Positions 21,759 to 33,792 are shown, counted from the stretch's first letter. The stretch: 64,000 bases of DNA from an uncultured Chloroflexia bacterium (GCA_963743255.1 CAVUPD010000009.1:221827-285826), one strand, 5' to 3'. The notes: generated by a model not told the origin, from the letters alone. Numbers and translations are program-made.

Positions 21759-22673
21759 ATGAGCCGTCGGGTGAAGCTGATCTTCAATCCTCACGCCAAC
21801 CGGGGGAGCGCCTGGGAAGTCGCCACTGCACTGCAGGCGATCGTCGCCCGCTACGGGGAAGCCGAATGGGCTTCCACCGAGCATCCGCTGCACGCCGCGG
21901 ACTTGGCGGAGGAGGCCGGCCAGCAGGGGTTCGACGTGGTGGCGGCGCTGGGCGGAGACGGCACGTCCAACGAAGTGCTCAACGGCCTGATGCGGCTCCC
22001 CGCCGAGAGCCGGCCCCTGATGGCCGCTGTCCCCGTCGGCTCCGGAAACGATTTCGCCTCGAACGTCGGCGTGGCGCGCGACCCTGAGACGGCGATGCAG
22101 CGCATCTTCACCGGCGATCCGCGAACGATCGACCTCGGCCAGGTCACCGATCAGGCGGGACGCTCCCGGTATTTCGGAAACGTCCTGGGCATCGGCTTCG
22201 ATGCCTGGGTCACCTTGTATTCGTACCGCGTCACTCGCCTGAAGGGATTCGCGATGTACCTGTGGTGCGTCCTGCAGGCGATCGCCAGCAACAACGCCGC
22301 GCCCGTAGTCAGCGTCCGGACGGACCAGGAGTTGTTCCAGCAGGCGGCGCTGATGTTCTGCGTCTGCAACGGTGCGCGCGAGGGCGGAGGCTTCTTCGTC
22401 GCTCCGGACGCCCGCCCGGATGACGGCGTCTTCCACTATGCGGTGATCGAGCAGGTGTCGCGCCTGATGATGCTGCGCCTGCTGCCCGAGGTGATGAAGG
22501 GCACGCACGGCCGATTCCGGCAAGTGCGGATGGGGAAGTTCGCCGAGATGGAACTGCAATCCGACCGGCCCCTGGCGATTTATGCCGACGGCGAGATCAC
22601 GGCCGGCTTCCAGTCCGACGTCACCGGTCTGAGCATCCGCTTGCTGCCCGGCGCCTTGCGGATCATCGTCTAG
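21759..22673 (+). CDS. Diacylglycerol/lipid kinase family protein
   Basis: IFNPHA, GGDGT, PVGSGNDFA, GIGFDA, YADGE; RBS GGAGG. Confidence 0.9.
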   Translation: MSRRVKLIFNPHANRGSAWEVATALQAIVARYGEAEWASTEHPLHAADLAEEAGQQGFDVVAALGGDGTSNEVLNGLMRLPAESRPLMAAVPVGSGNDFASNVGVARDPETAMQRIFTGDPRTIDLGQVTDQAGRSRYFGNVLGIGFDAWVTLYSYRVTRLKGFAMYLWCVLQAIASNNAAPVVSVRTDQELFQQAALMFCVCNGAREGGGFFVAPDARPDDGVFHYAVIEQVSRLMMLRLLPEVMKGTHGRFRQVRMGKFAEMELQSDRPLAIYADGEITAGFQSDVTGLSIRLLPGALRIIV

Positions 22674-22695
22674 GATCACCCGGGCGGCCCTCGGT

Positions 22696-24367
22696 ATGCA
22701 GCCGCTCCTGCGGACGCTTCAGGACCACGACTTCGGCCACCTGCGCATCCTTGCCGAAGTCTGGGGCTTCGACCCTCCCGCCGGGCCTTCGCCCCAGGCC
22801 GCCCGCACGCTGGCCAAGGCCATGCTAGAGCCCAGCACGCTCGGCGAGATGATCGAGAGCCTCTCTCAGGACGCCCGGCAAACGCTCCAGGCATTGCAGG
22901 CGGCCGGCGGGCGTATGCCGCTGGCCGATCTTACCCGACGTTACGGCCCATTGCGCGAGGTCGGCGCCGCGCGTCGCGACCGGGAGAAGGTCTGGCGCCA
23001 GCCGGCCTCGCCGCTCGAGACTCTTTGGTACCGCGGACTGCTGGCACGTGCATTCGCCGATTTGCCTGCCGGGCCGTGCGAGTTCGGCTTCATCCCCAAC
23101 GACATCCTCGATCAGATCAGGCCCGAGTTCCGCGCCGCCGGACGCACCGCTGGGTCATCCGTCCCCGGAACCGCCCACCACGATCCCCGCGGACGATTCG
23201 GCGGTGGACGATGCGGTCACGCTCCTGGCCGCCCTGCGCCGTCGACCCTCGCGTGACCTCGAGCCCGCGGATGCCTGGTTGCTCCCCTTCGCCCGCCACC
23301 TGCGGCGCGCCGAATCCGCCCGCCTGCTCATCGCGCTGCTCCGCGACCTGGGGATCGTCCAGGGTCCGCCGCTTCGCCCTCAGGCGCGTGAGGTCCACGA
23401 ACTGCTCGACCTTCCGGGGACGGCGATCCAGGCGCGGTTGATCCATACCTGGTTGGGCACGACGGGTTGGAACGACCTGGCGCACGTCCCCGGCTTGCAG
23501 ATCGCCGGCGGGAGTTGGCCGAACGATCCCGTCGCCGCCCGGCGTGTGATCGCCCAATGGCTTGGGGATGTTCCTCGCGGGACCTGGTGGAATCTGGACG
23601 CGTTTGTGGCACAGGCCCGCGAACGGCATCCGGGCTTTCAACGCCCAGGTGGCGATTTCGACTCGTGGTACTTGCAGGAGGCGTCGACCGGGGAGTTCTT
23701 GCGCGGCTTCGAGCACTGGGAGGCCATCGAAGGACGGCTGCTGCGCTTCGTTGTGACCGGGCCGCTGCATTGGCTGGGTGCGGTCGAGGTGGGCATCGAG
23801 CCTCAGACCCATCGGGTGACAGCCTTTCGTACTACCGCCGCATTCGACGTGCTGACCGGCGGGGTGGCTCCGACGGCGGATGAGGCGCCGCAGGCCGCGG
23901 CCAGCCTGTTCCCCGACGCTCACCTGGTGGTACCACGCACGGCGGGCAGGCCCCTTCGCTACCAGGTTGCCCGCTGGGCGGCGTGGGGCCCGCTATTGCC
24001 AGAGGGCTACGCCTACCGAATTACGCCTCGGGCGATTGAGGCCGCCGGCAAGCAGGGGTTGCGCGCCGGGCAGGTCCTGGCGATCCTCAAGGCCGCATGT
24101 GGCTTCCCGATGCCCGAGCCTCTCGAGCGAGCAATCGAGCGCGCCGCGACCCGCGGCGCCGAGGTTCGGGTGCATACCCTCAGGGTCCTGCGGGTCTCCA
24201 GCCCGAGGCTGCTTGAGGAACTCCGCCGCCGCCGAGCCACGGCCCGCTTTCTGGGTGAGTCGCTCGGGCGCGACACCGTCGCGCTCCGCTCCGAGGACTG
24301 GCAGGCGCTGTGCGAGGCCGCCGCGCGCCTCGGGCTCCTGATCGAACCTCCGCCCGCGGACGAATGA
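22696..24367 (+). CDS. XPB/Ssl2-associated (Helicase_C_3-like) domain protein without helicase motor (frameshift ~23130)
   Basis: LWYRGLL, RPGGDFDSWY, LHWLG, YRITPRAIEAAGKQG; no Walker A. Confidence 0.7.
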
Positions 24368-24597
24368 CCCGACGAGGCCCACCAGGCGGCGGGTCGCTCG
24401 AACAGTTCGCCGCCTCGCAGTGCTCGACCTATCCGGCGCACCCATCGTGGGCGGTGGCCCTGGGGACCGTCCCGTTCGAGAAGTCCTGGTTCTTCTTCGA
24501 GCATCAGGGCAAGCGAATTGGCCTGGCCATCCACGACCCGGACACGCTCGAGCCGCTGGACGAGGTACTGGCGACCTTTCGGCTCGAGGCAGGCTGA
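24364..24597 (+). CDS. Small hypothetical protein
   Basis: ATGA overlap with the upstream stop; 77 aa. Confidence 0.4.
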   Translation: MTRRGPPGGGSLEQFAASQCSTYPAHPSWAVALGTVPFEKSWFFFEHQGKRIGLAIHDPDTLEPLDEVLATFRLEAG

Positions 24598-24707
24598 CTT
24601 TCGCGGCTCCGATCGATGACGAAAGGGCGGCCGCCTGGCCGCCCACCGTAGACAACCCTCTCGGACGATCTTGAGATTCGGGCAGAGCCTCGGCGTCGTC
24701 GAGACGC

Positions 24708-25754
24708 CTAGCGCTGAATCCTCCCCGAGCCTCCGCCGGCCATCAGCTGGCGCACCTCGGCGACGGTGCTCAGGTTGATGTCACCCATGATCGAGTGCTT
24801 CAGGCACGAAGCCGCCGTGGCGAACTCGAGCGCCTCACGCTGCTCCAGCCCGCTTATCAGCCCGTAAATCATGCCGGCGGCAAAGGCATCCCCCGTTCCG
24901 ACGCGGTCGACGATATCGTCGATCTCGTACTCGGTGCTGGTCAGGAACGCCTCGCGATTGTGCAGGCACGCGGACCAGCCGTTTCGATCGGCACTCCGAC
25001 TTTGACGAAGCGTGATCGCCTGCAGCCGCAAGTTCGGGAAAGCCTCCAGGACCTTCCCGGCCAGAGCACGGTACTTTGCAGACACCAGCTCCCCGCCGGC
25101 AACCTGTTTCTCCCACTCCGTGTCCTCGAGGCTGATACCCAGCGCGCGCTGGCAGTCCTCCTCGTTCGCCATGCCTACATCCGCCAGGCGCACCAGCTCA
25201 GGCATGACCTCCGCCGCTTCCCGCCCGTATCTCCACAGGTTCTTGCGGAAGTTGTAGTCGCAGGAGACGGTCAATCCCTGCCGCCGGGCGGCCTGCATCG
25301 CGGCGATGGCGTTGTCCGCCGCCCGGGAGCTCAGCGCCGGGGTGATCCCGGTCACGTGGAACCATGCCGCGCCTTGCAGCAGGTTGTCCCAGTCGAAACA
25401 CCCGGGCGGGGCGTCCATGAGGGCCGAGTGATCGCGATCGTAGACCACCTTCGACGCGCGCTGGTTGGCGCCTGCCTCGAGGTAATACACCCCCATGCGA
25501 TCGCCGCATCGAGCGATGCCGTGTGTGTCCACCCCCTGCCCGCGCAGGTATTCGATGCAGGCGTCGGCGATCGGCGTCTGCGGCAGGGCGGTGATGAAGG
25601 CCGCCTCCAGGCCGAAGCGCGCCAGGGAGATGGCGACATTCGCCTCCCCGCCCCCAAAGCTGGTCTCCAAGATCGGCGACTGCAGGAGACGCTCGTGTCC
25701 AGGTGCCTTGAGCCGGAGCATGACCTCGCCAAAAGTGATCACGCGCCCGGTCAT
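24708..25754 (-). CDS. kdgK: 2-keto-3-deoxygluconate kinase (PfkB family)
   Basis: [40 protein letters not shown]. Confidence 0.9.
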   Translation of the reverse strand: MTGRVITFGEVMLRLKAPGHERLLQSPILETSFGGGEANVAISLARFGLEAAFITALPQTPIADACIEYLRGQGVDTHGIARCGDRMGVYYLEAGANQRASKVVYDRDHSALMDAPPGCFDWDNLLQGAAWFHVTGITPALSSRAADNAIAAMQAARRQGLTVSCDYNFRKNLWRYGREAAEVMPELVRLADVGMANEEDCQRALGISLEDTEWEKQVAGGELVSAKYRALAGKVLEAFPNLRLQAITLRQSRSADRNGWSACLHNREAFLTSTEYEIDDIVDRVGTGDAFAAGMIYGLISGLEQREALEFATAASCLKHSIMGDINLSTVAEVRQLMAGGGSGRIQR

Positions 25755-26398
25755 GCGCCGCCTCCTCGTGCCTGACGGGCGGTGGAGACCGCCTCCTGCG
25801 TCAGCCGAGTGATTTCATCAAACCGTCCGGCGGCGATTAGCTTGGGCGCCACCAGCCAGCTGCCTCCGACGGCGAACACCGCCGGCAACTTCAGATAGGC
25901 GGTCAGGTTGGCGGCGGTGATACCGCCTGTGGGGACGAATCGTACGCCTACGAAGGGAGCCGCGATCGCTTCGAGCGTCGGGATGCCCCCCAGAGATTCC
26001 GCAGGGAAGAATTTCAGGATCGTGAGTCCATGGTCGAGCGCCTGCAAGATGTCACTTGGGGTGGCGACCCCCGGCAGCACCGGGATGCCCGCCTCGACGC
26101 ACCACTCCACGACCTTCGCCCCGAAGCCGGGCGAGACGATGAACTTGGCTCCGGCATCGACCGCCTGCCGGGCCTGATCGACCGAGACGACCGTGCCGGC
26201 GCCGACGACCAACTCGGGCACGGCAGTCGCGATTTGACGAATGGCGTCGGCTGCCGCCTGCGTCCGAAAGGTGACCTCGGCGCACGGGAGGCCGCCGGCT
26301 AGAAGTGCCCGGGCCAGCGCGACCCCTTCCGCCGGCGTTTCGACACGCACCACCGGCACGATTCCCAATCCGCCGATCAACTCCAGAGGATTCGGCAT
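25751..26398 (-). CDS. eda: KHG/KDPG aldolase
   Basis: EVTFRT, GAGTV, FIVSPG, KFFPAE, PTGGI, GGSW. Confidence 0.93.
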   Translation of the reverse strand: MPNPLELIGGLGIVPVVRVETPAEGVALARALLAGGLPCAEVTFRTQAAADAIRQIATAVPELVVGAGTVVSVDQARQAVDAGAKFIVSPGFGAKVVEWCVEAGIPVLPGVATPSDILQALDHGLTILKFFPAESLGGIPTLEAIAAPFVGVRFVPTGGITAANLTAYLKLPAVFAVGGSWLVAPKLIAAGRFDEITRLTQEAVSTARQARGGGA

Positions 26399-26467
26399 GC
26401 TTGCTCCCTCGAGCTAGCCCGCGGCGTAATCACGACGGCGTGTCCGCACTGCTCGCCCCGCCTCCGA

Positions 26468-26953
26468 TCAGGCAGGCCCTGCGTTCGGCGCCGGGCGGAC
26501 CTGCACCACCATCTCGATTTCCACCGGGATTCGCCCCGGCAGCTCACTCACCCCAATCGAGGTCCGGGCATGCACCCCGCAGTCCCCAAATACGGCCAGG
26601 AAGAGCTCGGAGGCACCGTTGATGACCTCGGGCTGTCGGTCGAAGCCCGGCGCGCTGTTCACATAGCCATTGACCTTGACGACTCGGGCGACGCGATCCA
26701 GATCCCCGAGCGACTGCTTCAGCACGGTAAGAAGATTGAGGGCCGTCTGGCGCGCTGCCCGGTGAGCCTCTTCCAGCGTGACTTCCGTGCCGACCTTTCC
26801 GATCGCCATCGGGTTCCCATCGAGATAGCAGGTGGTCCCCGACAGGAACAAGAGGTCCCCGGCTGCCACGCAGGAGGTGTAGGCGCCGACGGGCACCGGG
26901 ACCTTCGGCAACGTCATTCCAAGCTCTGCCAGCCGCGCTTCAACCACAGACAT
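26468..26953 (-). CDS. RidA/YjgF family protein
   Basis: PVGAY, INGASEL, GVHARTSIG, PVEIE. Confidence 0.88.
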   Translation of the reverse strand: MSVVEARLAELGMTLPKVPVPVGAYTSCVAAGDLLFLSGTTCYLDGNPMAIGKVGTEVTLEEAHRAARQTALNLLTVLKQSLGDLDRVARVVKVNGYVNSAPGFDRQPEVINGASELFLAVFGDCGVHARTSIGVSELPGRIPVEIEMVVQVRPAPNAGPA

Positions 26954-27206
26954 CGATCGGCCTCACTTGCCACGGCTTCGGCGCGGTGGACCTCCGGGGA
27001 GGGATGCAAATCCATGGTGGGAGGTCCACCGCGTCCTGGAGCGGGTCGTAGCATTTCTCAACGTTGCCGGCCCGAGCCACACGGGACCCGACGATGAAGA
27101 CTAAGATCCAGCGGGCCCCCACAGGAGGCGTTGCACACCTCCTGTGGGGATTCCTTCAAGGAGAACCGGTGCTGCCCTCTCCGCATGGGCCGAGAGTCCG
27201 GTTAGG

Positions 27207-28187
27207 TTAGAACGTGCCCTCCGGATTGTAGAAGCGCATGACGTTGTCCTTCGTGATCAGCGGCGACGGCAGGTAGGTGTCCTTCTCCGGGGTCCCTCCG
27301 CCGAAGATGGACATCAAGCGGTTGAACGCCGCGCGGCCGATCTGGTCTGAGTTGTTCAGGCCGGTGGCAGCGTAGTTGGTGCCGTTGATGATGGCTTCCA
27401 AGGCAGCGGTCTCGCCGTCGACGCCGACGAGGAACATCTCATCTGCCCGGCCGGCATCGGCGATGGCCGTCTGAGCGCCCAGGCACATGGAGTCGTTCTC
27501 GCAGAACACGGCGTCGATCTTCGGGTTGGAGGCCAGCATGTCCTCCATCAAAGCGATGCCGCCATCCGCGCTCCAGCTGCCGAAGTCCGGCGCAGTGACC
27601 ACGGTGATGCCCGGGAACGTCTCGGCGACGCTGAGCATCCCATTGCTGCGATTCAGCCCGATCGAGTTGTCCGCGGGTCCGCCGCGCAGCTGAACGATCA
27701 CGCCTTCCCCGCCCAGACGATCACAGATGTACGTGCCGTCCTGGACTCCGATGGTGAAGTTGTCCGGGCCGATGTAGGACGTGTAGGCGCTCTTGCTCCC
27801 CGCGCCAAACTGCCGATCGACGAGGACGGTCGGGATCCCCTCTGCCGCCAGGGCGTCCAGCGCCGCCGGAGCCTCCTCAAGCCACGCCCCCGAGATGATG
27901 ATCCCGTCGATTCCCTGAGCGATCAGGTCCTCGATGTCCGACTGGAACTTGGCCGCGTCGCCGTTGGCATCGGTGGAGATGATCGTGACGTTGGAGTAGG
28001 CCTTCGCTTCCTCCACGACGGCGTTGTTCATGCCGATGAAGTACGGGCAGCACTGGGAGAAGTTGGCCATCCCGATCTTCAGCGGTCCGGCGGCTGCCTC
28101 AGGAGCAGCCGTTGGAGCAGCCTGCCCGCAGGCTGCAAGCATCACCGCCAGAATCACGATGATGGTCATACCGAGGTTGCGTTTCAT
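27207..28187 (-). CDS. Sugar ABC transporter substrate-binding lipoprotein (RbsB-like)
   Basis: Lipobox LAAC, DANGD, LVDR, ENDSM, VGVDG. Confidence 0.9.
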   Translation of the reverse strand: MKRNLGMTIIVILAVMLAACGQAAPTAAPEAAAGPLKIGMANFSQCCPYFIGMNNAVVEEAKAYSNVTIISTDANGDAAKFQSDIEDLIAQGIDGIIISGAWLEEAPAALDALAAEGIPTVLVDRQFGAGSKSAYTSYIGPDNFTIGVQDGTYICDRLGGEGVIVQLRGGPADNSIGLNRSNGMLSVAETFPGITVVTAPDFGSWSADGGIALMEDMLASNPKIDAVFCENDSMCLGAQTAIADAGRADEMFLVGVDGETAALEAIINGTNYAATGLNNSDQIGRAAFNRLMSIFGGGTPEKDTYLPSPLITKDNVMRFYNPEGTF

Positions 28188-28303
28188 CGAAGAATCCTCC
28201 TCTTCTCATGGTTCCGAGTGGATCGACTTAGGACACGACGGAATGCAGCTCCTCTCCTCACCTCCTTCTGCTCCGCCGGGATGCGGGCTGGCCGAGAGTT
28301 CCG

Positions 28304-29311
28304 CTACTGCTGCTTGCGTCGCGCCAGAACCGCGACCAGGATGATCACGCCCTTGAAGATCTGCTGGTAATACGACTGGACGTTGAACAGATTGAGCAGG
28401 TTGTCGATCACGCCGAGCGCCCCGACCCCGGCCAGGGTGCCAAAGACGCTTCCGCCCCCGCCGCCCAGGACGGCGCCGCCGATGACGCAGGCGGCGATGG
28501 CATCCAGCTCGAACCCCGCGCCCACGCTGGGTTGCGCGATCCCCAGCCGGGAGGCCAGCATCACCCCCGCCAGGGCGGAGAACAGGCCGGAGATCATGTA
28601 GGCCAGGAAGATGTGCCAGTTGACGCTGATCCCCGCCAGGCGCACCGCTTCCTCGTTTCCACCAATCGCCACGATCGCACGCCCGGACTTCGCCCGATTG
28701 AGGAAGAACCACATGATGGGATAGCAGGCGACCATGATCAGAGCCGACACGGGAAACGGACCGACGAAGCCGGCTCCGAGCACCGCGCGGAAGGCCGGAT
28801 CGGTGGGAGTGATCGGGATATCGGAATAGACAAAGACCAACCCGCGGATGGCCCCCATCGTCGCCAGGGTCACGATGAACGGCTGGAGCTTGAAGCGCGC
28901 GATGAAGAAACCGTTCACGGCGCCGGCGAGCACGCCGACGACCATACAGATCAGGATCGCCAGGGCCAGGGGCATCCCGCCCTTCGACATGCCCGAGACC
29001 ATGATCGCCGCCAGTGCGACCACCGACCCGACCGAGAGGTCGATCCCGCCCGTCAGGATCACCACCAGCATTCCCAGGCTGATCATGCCGTTGGTCACGA
29101 TCTGCCGTCCCAGGTTGCTCAGGTTGCGCTGGGTGAAGAAGACATCCGACACCGTGGCCGTGATGACCAGGAGGAGCACGAAGGCAACGATAAAGGCGTA
29201 ATCCACCCATCGGCGTCGGGGTCGGGGCCCTGCCCTGCCGGGCAGCAGGCTGCGCAGGCCGCCCGGGCCCCGGACGGGAGTGGATGGCGTCGGTGCAGAA
29301 CCAGAGGTCAT
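28304..29311 (-). CDS. Sugar ABC transporter permease (RbsC-like)
   Basis: ILTGGIDLSVG, PFIVTL, AIGGNEEA, FELDAIAACVIGG. Confidence 0.92.
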   Translation of the reverse strand: MTSGSAPTPSTPVRGPGGLRSLLPGRAGPRPRRRWVDYAFIVAFVLLLVITATVSDVFFTQRNLSNLGRQIVTNGMISLGMLVVILTGGIDLSVGSVVALAAIMVSGMSKGGMPLALAILICMVVGVLAGAVNGFFIARFKLQPFIVTLATMGAIRGLVFVYSDIPITPTDPAFRAVLGAGFVGPFPVSALIMVACYPIMWFFLNRAKSGRAIVAIGGNEEAVRLAGISVNWHIFLAYMISGLFSALAGVMLASRLGIAQPSVGAGFELDAIAACVIGGAVLGGGGGSVFGTLAGVGALGVIDNLLNLFNVQSYYQQIFKGVIILVAVLARRKQQ

Positions 29312-30809
29312 TGCCTCACCCCTGCGGCCGCGGCCAGCAGCCTCTCCTCGCTGGCCTCCGCCCGCGTGAATTCTCCGACCAAACGACCCTCTCGCATCAC
29401 CAGGGCCCGGTCGCTCATACCCAGGATCTCCGGCAGTTCGGACGAGATCAGCAGGATGCCGATCCCGTCGGCCGCCAGATCACTGATGAGCTGGTAGATC
29501 TCCACCTTGGTGGCGACATCCACCCCGCGCGTAGGCTCGTCGAGGATCAGGACGCTGGCCTGCGACAGCAGCCACTTCGCCAGCACCAGTTTCTGCTGGT
29601 TGCCGCCGCTGAGTTGGCGGACCAACCGGTCGAGCAGCGGCGGGCGAATGTCCAGCTCCTTCACCTTCTGCTGCACCTCGGTCTCTTGTGCCCGGCGATT
29701 GACGACGCCCCAGCGGCTCAGCCGGTCAAACGAGGCCAGGCTGGCGTTGTCGCGTATCGAGCAGATCAACACCAGACCGTCGCGCTTGCGATCCTCGGTC
29801 AGCAGGGCGATCCCTTCCTTCACGGCCTCACGCGGCGACGGGGATGGATCGGTTTGCCGCCGACCCGAAGCTCCCCACGATCGAACGGATCGGCGCCGAA
29901 GATGCAGCGCGCCACCTGCGTCCGCCCGCTTCCCACCAGTCCGAACATTCCCAGGATCTCGCCCCGCTGGAGCGAGAACGACACATCCGAGAAAGAACCG
30001 CCCCGGTCGAGGGCCTTCACTTCGAGCGACACCCCGTCCTGCGGAGGCTGCCGGGAGGGGAAGATCTCGCCGAGCGATCGGCCCACCATCATCCTGATCA
30101 ACTGGTCCTGATCGGCTGTCTGAGGCAGCACCGTGCCGACCAGCTCGCCGTCCTTGAGCACGGTGATGCGCTCAGCCATCTCGAACACCTCGTCCAGACG
30201 GTGGGAGATATACAGGATCAGCGTCCCCTCCTGCCTGAGCTGGCGCATCAGGGCGAACAGGCGGTTCAGTTCCTCCTGCGACAGGACGGCGGACGGCTCG
30301 TCCAGGATCAGGATGCGCGGCTGCACCGCCACCGCCTTGGCGATCTCGACCATCTGCTGGTGGGAGACGCTCAAGTGCCGGACAACCGTGCGCACGTCGA
30401 TCCCGACAAAACCGATGGACCGAAGGATCTCCTCGGCCCGGCGAAAGGCCTTGGTCCAGTCCACACACCCTGGCACTCGGGCCGAGGGCATCTGCCCTAG
30501 CAGGATGTTCTCGGTCACGGTCAGGTGCGGCACCAGGCTGAACTCCTGATAGACCGCCCGGATGCCCAGCCGATGGGCGGTGAGGGGTGTGCTTACGTCC
30601 GCCACCTCGCCGTCGATCAGAATCTCTCCGCCGTCGCGCGCCACCGCGCCCGACAGGATCTTCATCAGCGTCGACTTGCCGGCGCCGTTCTCGCCGACGA
30701 TGGCGTGCACCTCCCCCTGCCGGGCGCGGAAGTCCACCCCGCGCAGAGCCTCGGTGACGTCGAAGCTCTTGCGGATCCCCCGCATCACCAGGAAGTCGGC
30801 GTCCGTCAT
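29308..30809 (-). CDS. Sugar ABC transporter ATP-binding protein (RbsA-like, frameshift ~29830)
   Basis: GENGAGKST, LDEPS, GLVGSGRT, EDRK, LSGGNQQK, DEPTRGVD. Confidence 0.92.
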
Positions 30810-30818
30810 CCCCTGCGC

Positions 30819-32264
30819 CTACTCCACCGCCGGGAAGGCGTTGTGCACAATGATCGTCTTCTGGTCGGTCATCTCGTCCAGCGTGTCGTGCACGCCCTCA
30901 CGCCCGTGTCCGCTCATCTTGACGCCGCCGAACGGCAGCGTCTCGACGCGCAGGGCGGACGACCAGTTGACGATCACGCCGCCGGCCTCGAGCTGGTAGG
31001 CGATAGTCGAAGGCCTGGTTGATGTCCTGGGTGAACACCGCGGACTGCAAACCGTAGGGCGAGTCGTTCGCCATTCGGATGGCCTCTTCCACCGAGGTGA
31101 AGCGCACCAGCGGGGCGACCGGACCGAAGGTCTCTTCCTTGAACATCGGGACATCCACCGGCACGTCGGTCAGGACGGTCGGTTCCATGAACGCCCCTCG
31201 GCGCTTGCCACCGGTGCGCAGCTTGGCGCCCGCCTGGATGGCCTCGTTGACGACCTCCTCCACGTCCTTGGCCGCCTCTTCGCTGATCAGCGGGCCGACG
31301 TCGGTGTCCTCCTGCAGCTGGTCGCCGACCTTGAGCGCCTTGGTCTTCGTCGTGAGCAAGTCGGCAAATCGATCGTGAACCGAGGCGTCTACGAAGATGC
31401 GCTTGACCGCGCAGCAGATCTGCCCATTGCCGCGCGCCAGGCGGCCGAGGACGACGGCTTCCGCCGCCTTCTCCAGGTCGGCGTCGGCCAGGATGATCAT
31501 GGCGTCGTTGCCGCCGAGTTCCAGGTGGACCTTCTTGAGTTGCTCGGCGGCCAACTGGGCGATGCGGATGCCGACGGCCGTGCTGCCGGTCACGGTGATC
31601 AGCTCGATGCCGGGCGCCTGCGCCAGGTAGTCGCCGATCATCGCACCGGGGCCGGTGATGATCTGATGTGCGCAGGCGGCAGGCCGGCCTCTTCCATCAG
31701 TTCGGCGATCTTGAGCAGCGTCAGCGGGCAGGCGCTGGGCGGCTTCGAGATCACGGCGTTCCCGGCGGCCAGGGCAGCCGCCGCCTTGTGTCCCCACAAC
31801 TCCACCGGGTAGTTGAAGGGCACGATGGCGGCCACGACGCCCAGCGGGCGCCGAATGGTGAAAGCGAAGTGCCGCTCCTGACCGCGCACTGCGTCAACCG
31901 GCATCACCCGTCCGAAGATCCGCTTGGACTCTTCGGCGAAACCCCGGAAGATGCTGGCCGTCACCGCCACCTCGGCGCGGGTTTGCTGGATCGGCTTGCC
32001 GTTCTCCTGCGCCAGCAGATGCCCGAGTTCGGGCACACGGGCCTCGATCGCTTCGGAAACGCGGATCAGCATCTCGTAGCGCTGCCGGGCGGCGAGTTTG
32101 CGCATGGCCAGCTTCCCGGCCTGCGCCGCCTCCACGGCGCGACGCGTGTCGTCGAGCGTCGCCCGCGGGACACGATCGATCACCTCCCCGGTGCCGGGGT
32201 TGCGGATGTCCATCCAGACTCCGTCCGAAGCCTCTACCCACCGACCGGCGATCAGCATCTTCAT
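30819..32264 (-). CDS. Aldehyde dehydrogenase (frameshifts ~31005 and ~31670)
   Basis: PFNYP, TGSTAVG, LELGG, GQICC, EETFGP, PFGGVKMSG. Confidence 0.9.
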
Positions 32265-32323
32265 CCCAGCCTCCGATACCTGAGGTGCACCTCAGGGGAA
32301 TTCAGTCGTAGGCCGCCGGCGTT

Positions 32324-33169
32324 TCAGCCGGCGTAGCCCATGCGCTTCGAAACTCGCAGCGCCGCGTCGCGCACGACCGGCGCCAGCGCGATACAGCGCT
32401 TGCGATCCATTCGATTGCCCGGCCCGGAGACGCTCAGGGCGGCGATGACCGTCTGGGTGTAGTCCGAGATCGGGGCACCGATGCAGCGGATGCCCGGTTC
32501 GTTCTCCTCATCGTCGATGGCGTATCCCTGGGCGCGGATGGCGTCCAGCTCGCGCTCGAGCGCGTGCGGCGAGGTGATCGTGCTGGGGGTGCGGGATTTC
32601 AGCGGCTGGGCCAGGACGTCCCGGCGGCGCTCCGGAGTGCTGAAGGCCAGGATGGCCTTCCCCAGGGCGGTGCAGTACATCGGCAGGCGCGCGCCGATAT
32701 AGGAGTACATGCGCAGGGCGTGCTTGCTTTCCACCTTGGCGATGTAGACGACCTCCGTCCCCGAGGGGACGGCCAGGTGAATGGTCTCATCCGTCTGGGT
32801 CGCCAACGCTTCGAGGGCCGCCTGGCTCTCCGTCCTCAGGTCACTGTTGGCCAGAAACATGCCCGCCAGCTCGATGACCTTGGTGCCCAATCGGAAACGA
32901 TCGGTATCGCTGCGTTCGGCCAGCTTCAGCTGTTGCAGGGTGGCCAGATAGCGGTGCACGGTGCTTTTCGGCATGCGGAGTTGGGCGGACAGGTCCGTGA
33001 GCGTGATGCCCCGATCGGATTGCGCCGCGAGGACATCGACGATGGTGAAGGCTTTGGCGACCGTCCTGGAGAGCGCCACGGCTGGAGGATCGGCCGCCGC
33101 CGGAATCCCCGGCGCACGCGTCGGCCTGCGCAGGACGGATGCGGGTCTTGGTCGACGATCTTCGGTCAC
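32324..33169 (-). CDS. IclR family transcriptional regulator
   Basis: HTH PKSTVHRYL, ETIHLAV, YCTALGKA, GYAIDDEE. Confidence 0.92.
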   Translation of the reverse strand: MTEDRRPRPASVLRRPTRAPGIPAAADPPAVALSRTVAKAFTIVDVLAAQSDRGITLTDLSAQLRMPKSTVHRYLATLQQLKLAERSDTDRFRLGTKVIELAGMFLANSDLRTESQAALEALATQTDETIHLAVPSGTEVVYIAKVESKHALRMYSYIGARLPMYCTALGKAILAFSTPERRRDVLAQPLKSRTPSTITSPHALERELDAIRAQGYAIDDEENEPGIRCIGAPISDYTQTVIAALSVSGPGNRMDRKRCIALAPVVRDAALRVSKRMGYAG

Positions 33170-33237
33170 CCGGTCCCTCAGGAGAAGAGTTCCCCGCCAG
33201 CATGCTTCCCGATGGGTTTCAGGCCGGATTCAGCTTG

Positions 33238-33292
33238 TTCTACTTTGTGGAATTACATTCCAAATATTAGCACATCATGAATACTCTGTCAA
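33238..33292 (-). promoter_or_regulatory. Sigma70 promoter with overlapping IclR-type operator(s)
   Basis: TTGACA (33287-33292), 17 bp spacer, TGn-TAATAT (33264-33269); palindromes TGGAATTACATTCCA (33248-33262) and TTCTACTTTGTGGAA (33238-33252). Confidence 0.8.
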
Positions 33293-33402
33293 CACCCTCC
33301 CCTCCGGGAATCACTCGGGGGCGGCCGCCTCGCCGCCCCCCCGATGCAACCGCCAGGTCCCGACTTCGGAAGTCCGATGAACTTCTGAAGTCGGCGGTTT
33401 CC

Positions 33403-33783
33403 CTAGTGCGGCTTGGCCGCCGCCTTGGCCTTCTTCAGCGCCGCCTCGAGTTCCTCCAGCGTCACCGGCTTGAAGACGAAGGCATTCGCCCCAAGGCGCA
33501 GCGCCTCATCGACTTGCGCGTCCGTCGTTTCGGACGACAGCATCAGCACCGGCAGGTCGTTGAGCTCCGGCCGCATGCGCACAAACTCGAGGAAATCGAT
33601 CCCGGAGACCTCGGGCATGTTGATATCCAGCACGATTACGTCCGGACGTCCCCCGGCGAGCAGTGCCCGGGCGGCGCTGCGCGCCTCGCGGTGCACGACG
33701 ACGGTGTGGTCCAGTAGCTGCAGCATCAGCCTCACGGCCTGGCTCATCTCATCGTCGTCGTCCACGATCCATGCCTGCGGCAT
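33403..33783 (-). CDS. Single-domain response regulator (receiver)
   Basis: IVDDD, LDINMPEVSG, MLSS, GANAFVFKP. Confidence 0.9.
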   Translation of the reverse strand: MPQAWIVDDDDEMSQAVRLMLQLLDHTVVVHREARSAARALLAGGRPDVIVLDINMPEVSGIDFLEFVRMRPELNDLPVLMLSSETTDAQVDEALRLGANAFVFKPVTLEELEAALKKAKAAAKPH

Positions 33784-33792
33784 GCCTGCCTC

